Below the pieces are notes generated by a model. It was not told the DNA's origin. It did no database searches and was given only the letters and a program-made list of their open reading frames with translations. A stretch of 63,488 nt of DNA, the filler included, from Octopus bimaculoides (lineage: Eukaryota): NCBI RefSeq assembly GCF_001194135.2. It is 4 parts of 3 records of this genome, joined end to end, with 100 filler letters (N's around TTAATTAATTAA, not from the genome) between each part and the next. Parts side by side here need not be neighbours in the genome. Positions count along the whole stretch, not along the records: positions 25,537 to 55,577 come from NC_068984.1; positions 55,678 to 63,488 come from NC_069006.1; 2 more parts are not named here. One strand, given 5' to 3'. Shown here piece after piece: positions 53,110 to 63,488 of the stretch. The translations under genes were made by a program, and so were the position numbers. Numbering within the stretch: position 1 is the first letter of the stretch; every line of letters starts with the position of its first letter.

Positions 53110-53458
53110 CTCGTGTCTTGGAAAAAGCAATTGATAAAATATGGAATTATGTAAGGAAATAAAAAGAAAGAACCAGAAAATTATTTGGATGAATCGCTTG
53201 AGTTCGATAACGGAAACAATTTAGAAGATGAGGACGAAACTGGTTGATATCATTGTATATATATATATATAGGCAAAGTGACGATAAGAGAATATTTTAT
53301 ATTGTTATTATACTAGAAATTTGACGTTTACTAAAATCAGGATAGAACGATTCCCTGACCGGACGGTGCAGATTATTCTTGAGCAAAACACTTCACTTCA
53401 TGTTGTTCCAGTTCCCTCAGCTGTAAGTGAATTCCAGCAACAGCTGGGATAGTTAACC

Positions 53459-53618
53459 CTGTGAGGGCTGGTTCCTGTTCAGAAGCGGAGAAGTGTTGTA
53501 ATCTGTGTGACTTATTCACCACAAAGAGCAGGTTAAAATTCTGTGAGGATCGCTTCCTGTTCAGAAGTGGGGAGGTGTTGTAATCTGTTGTCTTATTCAC
53601 CACAGAAAGCAGGTTAAG
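53459..53618. repeat. 82-bp-period direct tandem duplication, 2 diverged copies
   Basis: CTGTGAGG...TTCCTGTTCAGAAG.GG.GA.GTGTTGTAATCTGT...CTTATTCACCACA..A.GCAGGTTAA starts at 53459 and 53541. Confidence 0.85.
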
Positions 53619-55677
53619 CTTCGGCTTTATGAGTCATAGTGCTCTTGACAGACCTGATGCTAAGTCTATCACATACTTAATGTTGCATTTAAGTTTCTAG
53701 AGGACAAAAGATTTCATTACAGGAGTAGTCGTTCCATGAGTTAGAAAATCTTAATATACTTAGGTAAGCTAAAAGAAAATTCGGAGGAAAACGAACATGC
53801 AAGAAAATTAAATTAACAAACAAGAAGCCTTTCGGAGCAATGGTTTATTTCTCATCCTGATGTATTATTGCATTGGCTGAATGGTTAAAATGGCAATTTC
53901 TTTAATTGACTGAATTATCTGGAAATCAAATCCAGTGTCTGTCTGAATGTGAAAGGAAGGACACTGTGACCCTACTGTTCCACAAACGTTACTCTAGGGT
54001 AGGATAAGGAATAAAACTGATTCCTATCTAACTAATTGAAATTTGAAGTGTATTTTATCATTATTCAGTGCCGGAAACAGGTAAATTTAAAAAGAGAATG
54101 TAGAGAATATATTGGAAAGCCTTGCCAGTTTGGAAAAGAAAACATTGGATGCTGCCACCTATTGTTGTTGCTCCTCTAGGTGTAGAAAGAGCTGAATTGT
54201 TAGTAACTGATAATTTTCCGGTTCTTGACATTGATACTGTTCGCCTGGCTTTTGTTGACTTTTATTTACGCTTTCTGTTCTTACTGTTGAAAGATTTGCT
54301 GTAGCAAGGCATGTTATTGCTGTTGTTGGTGTTATTGATTCTATTTATCATTCTGTTATTGTAGGGATGATTTCTTTCTTCTGTAATTTGTAATGGTTTT
54401 ACTGTTGAGTTTTACGAAATAGAAGCTTTACACTACCTCAAAGCAATTTATTATGAAGACCAAAATACAGCAAACCCACACAATAGGGCTGTATTGGTGT
54501 GACCGCACAGAAACCAAATCTGTAATCAATAGCTTTCCGTTATGAGTAAATGATTATATTAATATGACAATAATTAAATGTATCCTTCAGTGGGTGAATA
54601 ACTCTTTTGATTGCAGGTTGTAGGTCTTTCTGAACGACGCTGTCATGTTTATGCTTTTTCAAAAGGCAGTAGAGATTATACTGAAACGATCGGACACGAT
54701 TCTATGTCGTGACACTTGCCTCAAATACGCATATAAATACGCGTATATGCATACATAAACACACAGATATAATAATGACTAATATATACACACACTAACA
54801 CATAACACCGTACCCGCAACACTACAACCTCATCCACACATGCGCATTTATGTTATGTAACATGAACATATGTTCTTGGTGGAAAACGGAGGTATTCCCT
54901 AACTTTTAAAGAAAAAGTTGTCTAAAGAATTTTGAGATGATGTGCAGTAGCTTGATAAAGAATAGGATTTCTCTGGCAAGGAATGAAAGGGACTGGAATT
55001 TATAAAGGGGACCTCTATTTTAATTCGTCATCGAAGAAAAGAGGAAAATGAAAACTTAGATTATCGCTGATGGATACTAACAAGACCTGACAATTGGCTA
55101 GGGCAAAAGTTTTGGTCGCTTTACCGGCAGTATGCAATGAATATTTTGAAGGCGTTTAAGGAAAGGACGTTAAAGAGGAGTGAGTTAACATAGCTGCCCT
55201 CAAGGAAGGATATTACGTAGTCGAAATGATGGACGGTAGTGATAGGAGGACGAGAAAGAGAGAGACAGTAAGAGAAATGCAGTAGAGGCAACAATTAAAT
55301 ATAGTGGAAATGAAGCAGAAAAAGTTTGAGTTAAAGTACATTGAATTTTCGAGGAATCTACATGAGAGTAGATATAGTGGCGGGGCCATGTGTGGTTAGA
55401 AGGTTCATTTCTAGGGTGTATTTTTTTCTGTTTCTGTAACACTGCGCGACAAATGTTTCGACCAGTTCATTGGATCTAAGGATGTCTTATGCGTGAATTT
55501 TGTAGACAGAAACTGTGCAAAACCCAGCTTATGCCTAACATAACGAATTCGCATACACCCGTACGTACGTATATATANNNNNNNNNNNNNNNNNNNNNNN
55601 NNNNNNNNNNNNNNNNNNNNNTTAATTAATTAANNNNNNNNNNNNNNNNNNNNNNNNNNNNNNNNNNNNNNNNNNNN

Positions 55678-55711
<34 letters not shown>

Positions 55712-56419
55712 AGTGTTCATTTGTTGGCAGGTTAAGCAAGATATAACATCCAATCCATTTGGGAGTTGTTTATATTATATGAGACAAGCTACTTAAGTTT
55801 CATGTTAGGAAGAAAACGACCGAAAGTATATCACACAGTGTACCACATACACGTATATAAAACACACACACATACACTCACATACGCACATGTAAATGCC
55901 CAACAAAATAAACAGCAACACGAAATAAGAGAAAGCCCATCTCGACCAAATCCGGTTTTAGCAGCAGCCAAATGACCGCAACGAGTAAAAGACTAGGAAA
56001 AGTAAAATAAATAATGTACGTAGAAAGTATTAAGTGCAGAGGATGTTTGCCCCGGGGGTATTCTCTTTCAGCTGTATTATGACAACCAATGTTATTTCTT
56101 CTTTAAGTATGAGTTTGGAAGTTGAGTAGGCGAAAGGGAGTTCCAACTAGATGAAATCTTCTAGCAGTCTAAATGAACAAGTCTCTAATAGCCAAGTGGC
56201 TAAAAAGTTTCAGCAGAAGGGCATCCAGGAGCCATGACCCGGATGTGGCCCGGCATCCTTAGAATGTAAGAAATTAAGGGCTAAAACACTTGCCTCAGGT
56301 AGGGGTTTCTTCGCTGAAGAACTGCTGTTCAGCTTTCTTAAGAGTTTCTTAGCACTTAACATCACTACATCACCTCTATGTATATACAAACACAAACGCA
56401 CACCTGTGTGTGTATCTGC

Positions 56420-56494
<75 letters not shown>

Positions 56495-56536
56495 CATTCA
56501 TTCGTCTATCTATTCATCTCTCAATCTATATAATAT

Positions 56537-56570
<34 letters not shown>

Positions 56571-56735
56571 ATCACAACTTTTGCTAACTAAATAGGCTAT
56601 GATTCACCGAGGAAGTCTAATAAGACTGGAACAGGCTCACTGCTTTCATCCCCGTCCTTTTGTTTTTAGATTTTGAAACAGAGGAAACTTTTATCTTCTA
56701 ATTGCAGAAATAACCGAAATGGAAAATTTTCAACT

Positions 56736-56782
<47 letters not shown>

Positions 56783-56825
56783 GCACGCACACACATATNN
56801 NNNNNNNNNNNNNNNNNNNNNNNNN

Positions 56826-56887
<62 letters not shown>

Positions 56888-57554
56888 GCACGCACACACA
56901 TATTCACATATACTCACATACATAGACAAACGCACGCGTACATATACTTGCACACACACACATACATAAATACACATACGTGCATACACACTCACACATT
57001 TGCACATACACGCAGCTAGACACAAGGCTTGATGTCGCAATCAATCATGCAACAGATATATCGTATCGATCAGTGAGGAGGTCAAACATAAATATAATTA
57101 CAGCAGAGAAAGATAAATATTCTACAACCAATATTAAGACATTCCGCACCAACGATTTCCTGAAAGAATTTAGTGTAAATGTACTTAAATCATCTGAAAT
57201 CTTCCATTTGCGATTGTCATCATATATATACTGAGTTAGCTTCATTAGTTTCGAATTTAATGCACGGAAGAGAAGATCGGGTCGTCTGCCAACGATTACG
57301 TGTGACCTGTTATATTTTGAATGACTGAAACTTGCTTTAACTACATTTATATCTATTTTGTGATTTTCTTAACGAAATTTTTGGGGAGTAATTCTTAGAA
57401 ATTGGTTTAAATTGCTTATGTATACGAAGTATTATGGTAAGGTAGTATCAAATGTTTTTGTTGCTATAATCGAACCAAAGGATTTTTATTGCATGATTAC
57501 CATTCCGACTCTGTGTGTGTATGTGTTCTCGTTCTTTATTTTATCTTATTTCAT

Positions 57555-57775
57555 TTTTGTTGTTTCTTTCAAGCACTGGACTGAGATTATGCCTACACAC
57601 ACACACACACAAACGACGGGTCGACGGGCTCCTTTTCAGCTTTTTAGTTTCCGTCTACCAAATCCACTCACAAGGCTTTGGTCGGCCCGAGGTTATAATA
57701 GAAGAAACCTGCTCACGTAGTGAGACTGAACCCGGAACCATGTGGTTGGGAAGCAAACTTCTTACCACTCACCTA
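57555..57775 (-). mobile_element. tRNA-derived SINE (same family as 2310-2445)
   Basis: Minus strand: GTGGTAAGAAGTTTGCTTCCCAACCACATGGTTCCGGGTTCAGTCTCAC (A box and B box). Confidence 0.75.
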
Positions 57776-57934
57776 CTTTATTTTATCATATTAAGTAACG
57801 AGAGGGTTGACAAAAATTGGGGACTGTCCATGACGATCCGAAGTGGAATTACATAAAAAGTGTGCAAAGAAGAAAAATAACATAAACAAGACAAAAAAAA
57901 AATAAATTACATAAACAAGACAAAAAAAAAAAAA

Positions 57935-58242
57935 ATTCACACAGAACCATCTGCAGTCAGTCGTCGCGATTTGTTCATGGCTTTGGCATGACTTGATAAG
58001 CTTTCTCTATATTGGTTGGATTTTCGTTTGAGTTTGCCATTTATTATGATCAATTCCTTACCACTTCATCTTCCCTTTTGCAGTATCTTTGAATGTCAGT
58101 GAAGGTGTCCCCTTGTTTCTCTTCCTCTTGTATAGTTGGGAGTAAAGGAGTTGTCTGGGGAGTCTGTTGTTGTCCATTCTGTGTCCGTGGCCCAACCAGC
58201 GTAAACGTATCAAACACCGTCGCCAAGTCGTCCGCAATCTTC
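57935..58242 (-). mobile_element. RTE-clade LINE 3' ORF remnant
   Basis: The frame shifted by +1 from the listed ORF reads RLRWLGHGHRMDNNRLPRQLLYSQLYKRKRNKGTPSLTFKDTAKGKMKW*GIDHNKWQ, the RTE RLRWLGHV.RM...R.P..LLY motif. Confidence 0.85.
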
Positions 58243-58317
58243 AAATTGAGTGAGAGAGGAACAATATGATAAGCGATAGGGCTATAGGTCAGTTGTAAAG
58301 TACTCCCTTCTACAATA

Positions 58318-58520
58318 AGCGTAAGGCCTGAAATTTTAGGGGTGGGAGCTAGTCGATTGCATCGACCTCAGTATTCAACTGGTATTTAATTTAGCGACTC
58401 CGAAAGGATGAAAGGCAAAGTCGACCTTGGTGGAATTTGAGCTCAGAACATGAGACGGAGGAAATGCCGCTAAGCATTTTGTTCGGCGTACTAATGATTG
58501 TGCTAGCTTACTGCCTTTTA
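58318..58520 (-). mobile_element. Meta/MESC-like SINE
   Basis: Reverse complement of the family core. Confidence 0.75.
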
Positions 58521-60227
58521 TGCAAAATATAATATTGACATAATGAACTTAAATTCTCAAACAATTATCAAAACAGTTTTGTTCTGTGTCTGGCTGTAAA
58601 ATAAAATTAGAAATACAGACTCCATTATAGGTGACTTGCAGTTGATTCGAAACCGTATTGAAAAAGGAAAAATAAAAAAACACGTTGATATAAAAATGTC
58701 ACGTTTCAATATTACTGAAAAAAATAAATTTAAAAAAATAAGGAAGAGTTCATAATTTTGAACGAGTCAACTAATATTTTGTTTAAACATATTTGTGTTA
58801 GATGTTACCGTAAATGGAACTAAAATCGTAGCAAAGTTTTTTTTTCCGCTAATTTCTATTATGAAAATTGTTGATGTCTTATATGAAAATGTGAAAAAGA
58901 TTCTTATCTGGTGTCGGAATTAATATTAAAAAATTGCTTCTAATTTTACGGCAGACGGGACTTCAAATCTTGGCAACTTTCATAATTCCCGCTACACGTT
59001 AAAGAATTTAGACAACGTAACGTAGAATTTTCATAAAATGTATTTGTCAGTCTCTCTCCCTTTCTCTCTCCATTTTAATGTGTTCCCCAGCTGTTGAAGA
59101 ATTCCTAACATTGACTATCATCTGTTAACTCTTTACCTGTCCAAAGCATTTTCATTAATTTGTCCTAAACGTCTCTGTTTTCAGTCTTTTAGTTAACTCT
59201 TGCTTCATATGTCCTGAGTAATATAAAGCTCTCTTTCCTCTCAAAAATCCCAAGTTACTTATGTGGTGGTTGAAAAGAAATTTAGTATGTGCATCAGATA
59301 TGATCTATGGACGTCAGGGGAATATGTTCTGGATATCAGATATGATACACAAGGGAGGAAAACGGTTAAGGGGAAAATTACTACTGGTTCTGCAGATCAC
59401 TGTTGTGAAGGAATTCTTACATAGAAATAACAAAGTTTGTCAGCGAAGGTAAGGATCCATTTTAAATTAATCTTTTCTCAGTCATAAAATGGTTAGCAAA
59501 AAGAAACTGAATAGAATTCCTCGTCTGTGAGATGCATTAAAATTACAACTTCAAGTGAAATCTTGTTGGAACAAGAATTATGTAAAGGAATTATATGTTG
59601 TGCACTTCGATGATACTAAAGAACTTTATTGAATATTTAGGAGACCTGAGTTAAAAATTAATGCTCGGTTCCAAAATGAAGTGGCAGATCATTGTAGTGT
59701 CTTAAATAAACGAAGTTTTGTATTTTCTACTTAAAAGAATTTTACATCCTCAATGTGAAAACCTTGAAATGAATCCAAAATCATAGTACCCGCCACAAAT
59801 GTGAAAAAAATGATTTTCGTACACGAGGTTCCTATACTTTTAACTAGTAAAAAATTATCGAAACGAATTTTCCAAGGTGAAGGAAAGTATGTACAGAAAT
59901 GATGTTTGTTTATTTGAGACGAGTTGCAAAGAACTTTCGAACCAAATGTTTAGAAGAATGTTGGAAGCCTTGAAAAAAAAAAAAAAAAAAAAANNNNNNN
60001 NNNNNNNNNNNNNNNNNNNNNNNNNNNNNNNNNNNNNNNNNNNNNNNNNNNNNNNNNNNNNNNNNNNNNNNNNNNNNNNNNNNNNNNNNNNNNTTTCGCC
60101 CGGCGTGCTAACGTTTCTGCCAGCTCGCCGCCTTTATATATATTAAATAATTTATGCTGTGCATTTTATACACCATACACTTGTTTACTGATGCAATATG
60201 CATTATATATATATATTTACATATATA

Positions 60228-60507
60228 GGTACTACTTAAATACAGAGGTCCCGATGCACCGAAAGGGAGATAGTCAAGTTTTACCAAAACTAATGACTTC
60301 ACATAAGCAGCCCTTGCATAAGTCGAAACTAAAAACTAACCCTAAAAGTAACTCTAACCATAACGAGTATGCACTGTAAAAACAGATTAAAAACAGACGA
60401 TATTGTGAGGCCCCTTACATAATTAACAGTAGTTTTGGCAAAACTAGATCACCTCCCCTTCATATCGTTACGTAGATGTATCGGGACCTCTGTATTTAAG
60501 TAGTGCC
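60228..60507. mobile_element. long-TIR fold-back MITE-like element
   Basis: GGTACTACTTAAATACAGAGGTCCCGATGCACC...GAAAGGGAGATAGTCAAGTTTTACCAAAACTA pairs with TAGTTTTGGCAAAACTAGATCACCTCCCCTTC...GATGTATCGGGACCTCTGTATTTAAGTAGTGCC. Confidence 0.75.
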
Positions 60508-60520
60508 AACACACACACAC

Positions 60521-60586
<66 letters not shown>

Positions 60587-60591
60587 ATGCA

Positions 60592-60809
60592 CGAGGGGCA
60601 GCCGAAAAGTCCCTGGCTTTGGGTAAAAGAAGATACAGGAGGATCAGTTAATTGTGATTTTATTCAACATATTCCTCTCTAAGATATTCATACTCTTATT
60701 GCAGCGGTCCTTTAGTTTTTCCAAACCCTGTAAACTAACTCGTAAGGTTGGGCATCCCACTAAACCTTTCGCGATGCCCTTAAAACCAAGGACTTTTCAT
60801 AACCCCTCA
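60592..60809. mobile_element. mariner-derived MITE
   Basis: Imperfect TIRs CGAGGGGCAGCCGAAAAGTCCCTGGCTTT ... AAAACCAAGGACTTTTCATAACCCCTCA. Confidence 0.7.
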
Positions 60810-61476
60810 CACACATACACACGCACGCGTACACACTACATTTTTATATATGCATCTTTTGCAGGTCTCCTTTGGGGTTGATCGATCATTCTAGAATCGA
60901 AGAAATAAAGAAACAGTAGTAAAAACTGGTGCCACTCGATTGGAAAATCATATTTCCTGAAGACGTTTTTCGTGGTGGAATATAATTTTGGTAAGAAGCA
61001 GCAACACTTTAGGAATATCGCTGCTAAACCTGGACTGTCAGATGCTGCATCGAATGTTGGCATCTGGACACTAAACAATGGGATGGATATAAGAGAGTCT
61101 CAGAGACCAAGCTTTACTGAGAACCAAAGAAATATGAAAAAGTTGGACCTACTTTGGTTAATTTCAAAACTAAAATCAAAATCGAAGAACAACCGTTTGC
61201 TGCTCGTGACTGATCCTTAATGAAGCCATGTTGATGTACAAAACAAACATCTACAAAATCGCAGAGTAAACTAGTAAAGAGGAGAATTAAATTATCGATG
61301 CATGAAAATTTTAAAGGTAAGAAACCTATTGATTACTATTTGTTTATTAATTACTAATGTAAATTAAAGCTAATCTGTTTTTGCACTATGGAAAGATGTG
61401 TTTGAAAAAAAATTGAATTTATGACATTTATTAATTTTGCAGGATTGCAATCTCCAATGTGGATTGCAATCGCCAA

Positions 61477-61823
61477 CAGTGGTGCTCAACCAGGATCCAT
61501 ATGATCTCTGAGGGTCCATATCAGATTTTTGGAGGGTCCATGCCGTAAAATAGTAAATTGGGGATCCACAATAGTATATGAAGGTCCCTGAAAAAATTTT
61601 GCTTGAAATGTATGTATTGGTATGCATGGCAAGAAACAGCCGGGTTTCTTTCTCTAACATTTTACACAGTTCAACCTACACAAGTGAATGCGTGAAGAAA
61701 ATGGAATTCTGAAAGAAGTTTCTATAAAACTAGTTTTTAAACATCGAATGGCTTCGGGGTCCACCAGAATAAAATGAGAACCAAAAGGGTCCATAGGTAA
61801 AAAAAAATGACTGAGAACCCCTG
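61477..61823. mobile_element. hAT (Charlie-like) MITE
   Basis: Termini CAGTGGTGCTCAACC ... GACTGAGAACCCCTG (consensus CAGGGGTTCTCAA) with repeated GGGTCCA subterminal motifs. No intact 8-bp TSD. Confidence 0.7.
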
Positions 61824-62324
61824 GTTTAACACATAGAAATCCGGCTAAATTTTGTAAACAAACATTTACGGGATGATAATTGTTTTTTTGTTTTTTTTTT
61901 ATTTTACTAGCAATTTAAAAAATTTTTTTGTCAATCAGTCATTTTTAGAAAATTCTCTGCAAGTTTTTTTATGATTTTAATCGCGTTACCCAGAATGTCT
62001 TTTCACCAAATAAAGCCATATAGATATTGTGTGATCTGTGTGGTAGTAATTATTTTATTGTGGACGCTGAAAATATTTCAGAAATAACTCGGTCCTCAAG
62101 TTATGTATTCGTCTGTATTATACACGAAACTTAATCACTCCGAGTAACCTTTAGAGTGTTTTCAGGGTCAAGAGTAATATACGTGTGTGTGTGTGTGTGT
62201 GTGTGTGTGGTAATTAGTGTTAGTATTGTTAAGCATTTGATAATCACCACTGATATTTGGTTTGCCCGCTAAAGTACTTAGTGTCGAATACAATCTGTAT
62301 ACAACATATATTAGTACCAGCCGC

Positions 62325-62775
62325 TCTTACAATCGCTAGATCGTAGGTTTGATTCCCAGATCGGGCGGTGCGCTGTTCTCTTAAGCAAAAACCTTCATTT
62401 CACGTTGCTCTAGTGCTTCTTTTTAATAAGGGGTAATGTTGACCTGCTCGCCTAGCCAGTGGGGAGGCGTCATTAGAAGGCTAAATCGATGCAAAGCGCA
62501 TTGTGATCAGCGAGGTGCAACATCTGTTTCTCTGGCCAGTCACATGACCATGTGATATAAGTAAGTAAGTACAGATCATTTGTATATTTGTCTATAATCT
62601 AGCGAGCTGGGAGAATCTTTAGCATGCCGGACAAAATGCTTACCAGCATTTCGTCCGTCTTTGCGTTCTGAGTTCAAATTGCACAGAAGTCGATTTGTCT
62701 CTCATCCTTTCAGGGGTCGTGGGGTCGATGTAATCGATTTAAACCGTCCCCTGAAATTAATTTGTGCCAAAATGT
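62325..62775 (+). mobile_element. two SINEs (62325-62570 tRNA-headed with (TAAG)n tail; 62600-62775 Meta/MESC-like)
   Basis: B-box-like GGTTTGATTCCC and GAGTTCAAATTG; family cores as above. Confidence 0.65.
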
Positions 62776-63265
62776 GATAACTATGTATATATTGCTTATA
62801 TAATATAAAAGAATAGGTTATTTAATATATAGTATATAATACATAGGTAAAGATATCGCATATATATTGCATACTCTATACTACAGAAGTATAGATAATA
62901 TATGTCTATATATTGTACAGGATATAATGCATAAGTATCAATATATATACTGCGTAACGTATCAGCATAGCTTATTTCTGCATGTCTCCCTGGGTGTTGA
63001 AGAATGACGAGAATGTATGGAATGTGTAGCAAGGCTTTAAGGCATCACGTGGTCAATGAAAATTATAAATATACCTGTATGTGTGAGAGAGGGTGAGAGT
63101 GAACGCATGTGCAGTTATGGCATCTAAGTATAGCGAGGAACAACAGTAGACATTAAATATCAAATAAAATTCCTCCCAAACACCTGGTCCAATGTTTTGC
63201 ACTATAACTTCTTCTTCTGAGAGAGAATGTGTGTGTGTGTGGGTGTTTAAGCTTGCAGTTACGCA

Positions 63266-63311
<46 letters not shown>

Positions 63312-63314
<3 letters not shown>

Positions 63315-63488
63315 CGAGCTGGCAGAAACGTTAGCACGCCGGGCGAAATGCTTAGCGGTATTTCGTCTGCCGTATTTCGTTCTGAGTTCAAATTCCACCG
63401 AGGTCGACTTTGCCTTTCATCCTTTCGGGGTTGATTAAATAAGTACCAGTTACGCACTGGGGTCGATATAATCGACTTAATCCGTTTG
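63312..63488 (+). mobile_element. young Meta/MESC-like SINE (cut by window end)
   Basis: Very close match to 35530-35755. Confidence 0.85.

Noticed and set aside
56605-56640. Hammerhead-like CCGAGGA-AGTCT-AATA-AGACT-GGAA (similar trace at 26466-26490)
   Set aside because: Both core boxes are mutated and there is no stem I; too degenerate to call.
58050-58244. ORF IADDLATVFDTF...CKREDEV bounded by AG and GTAAGG, looking like a clean exon
   Set aside because: The neighbouring frame is a clear RTE LINE C-terminus (RLRWLGH...LLYSQL), so the ORF is a shadow frame.
61150-61210. TKIKIEEQPFAARD resembling the alpha-kinase KIE..PFA.G motif
   Set aside because: The frame is full of stops and no other alpha-kinase motif follows.

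Overview
AT-rich, gap-riddled eukaryotic DNA, mostly microsatellites and transposon fossils. The repeat families and simple-repeat load suggest an octopus (coleoid cephalopod) draft assembly; that is inference. No complete gene can be supported, and most of the ORF track is microsatellite or N-gap translation. The one unambiguous host-protein homology is a 165-bp, splice-signal-less fragment of F1 ATP synthase beta (Walker A region) at 17238-17402 on the minus strand, probably a retro-fragment. Recognisable mobile DNA: tRNA-derived SINEs (about 25 copies of a Meta/MESC-core-like family plus others), R4/Dong and RTE LINE 3' ends, several decayed Penelope-like element (PLE) ORF remnants, a mariner transposase C-terminus, MITEs and Helitron/Helentron-like elements. 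The best structural signals: (i) minimal hammerhead-ribozyme folds in PLE-type terminal repeats, including a four-copy family with a non-canonical CUGUUGA-A core; (ii) a 41-44-bp near-perfect hairpin at 7260-7349; (iii) a roughly 5-fold CpG contrast between the left end and the interior; (iv) a few orphan exon-like segments. TTAATTAATTAA inside three gaps is an assembly linker. I found no convincing new multi-gene system.
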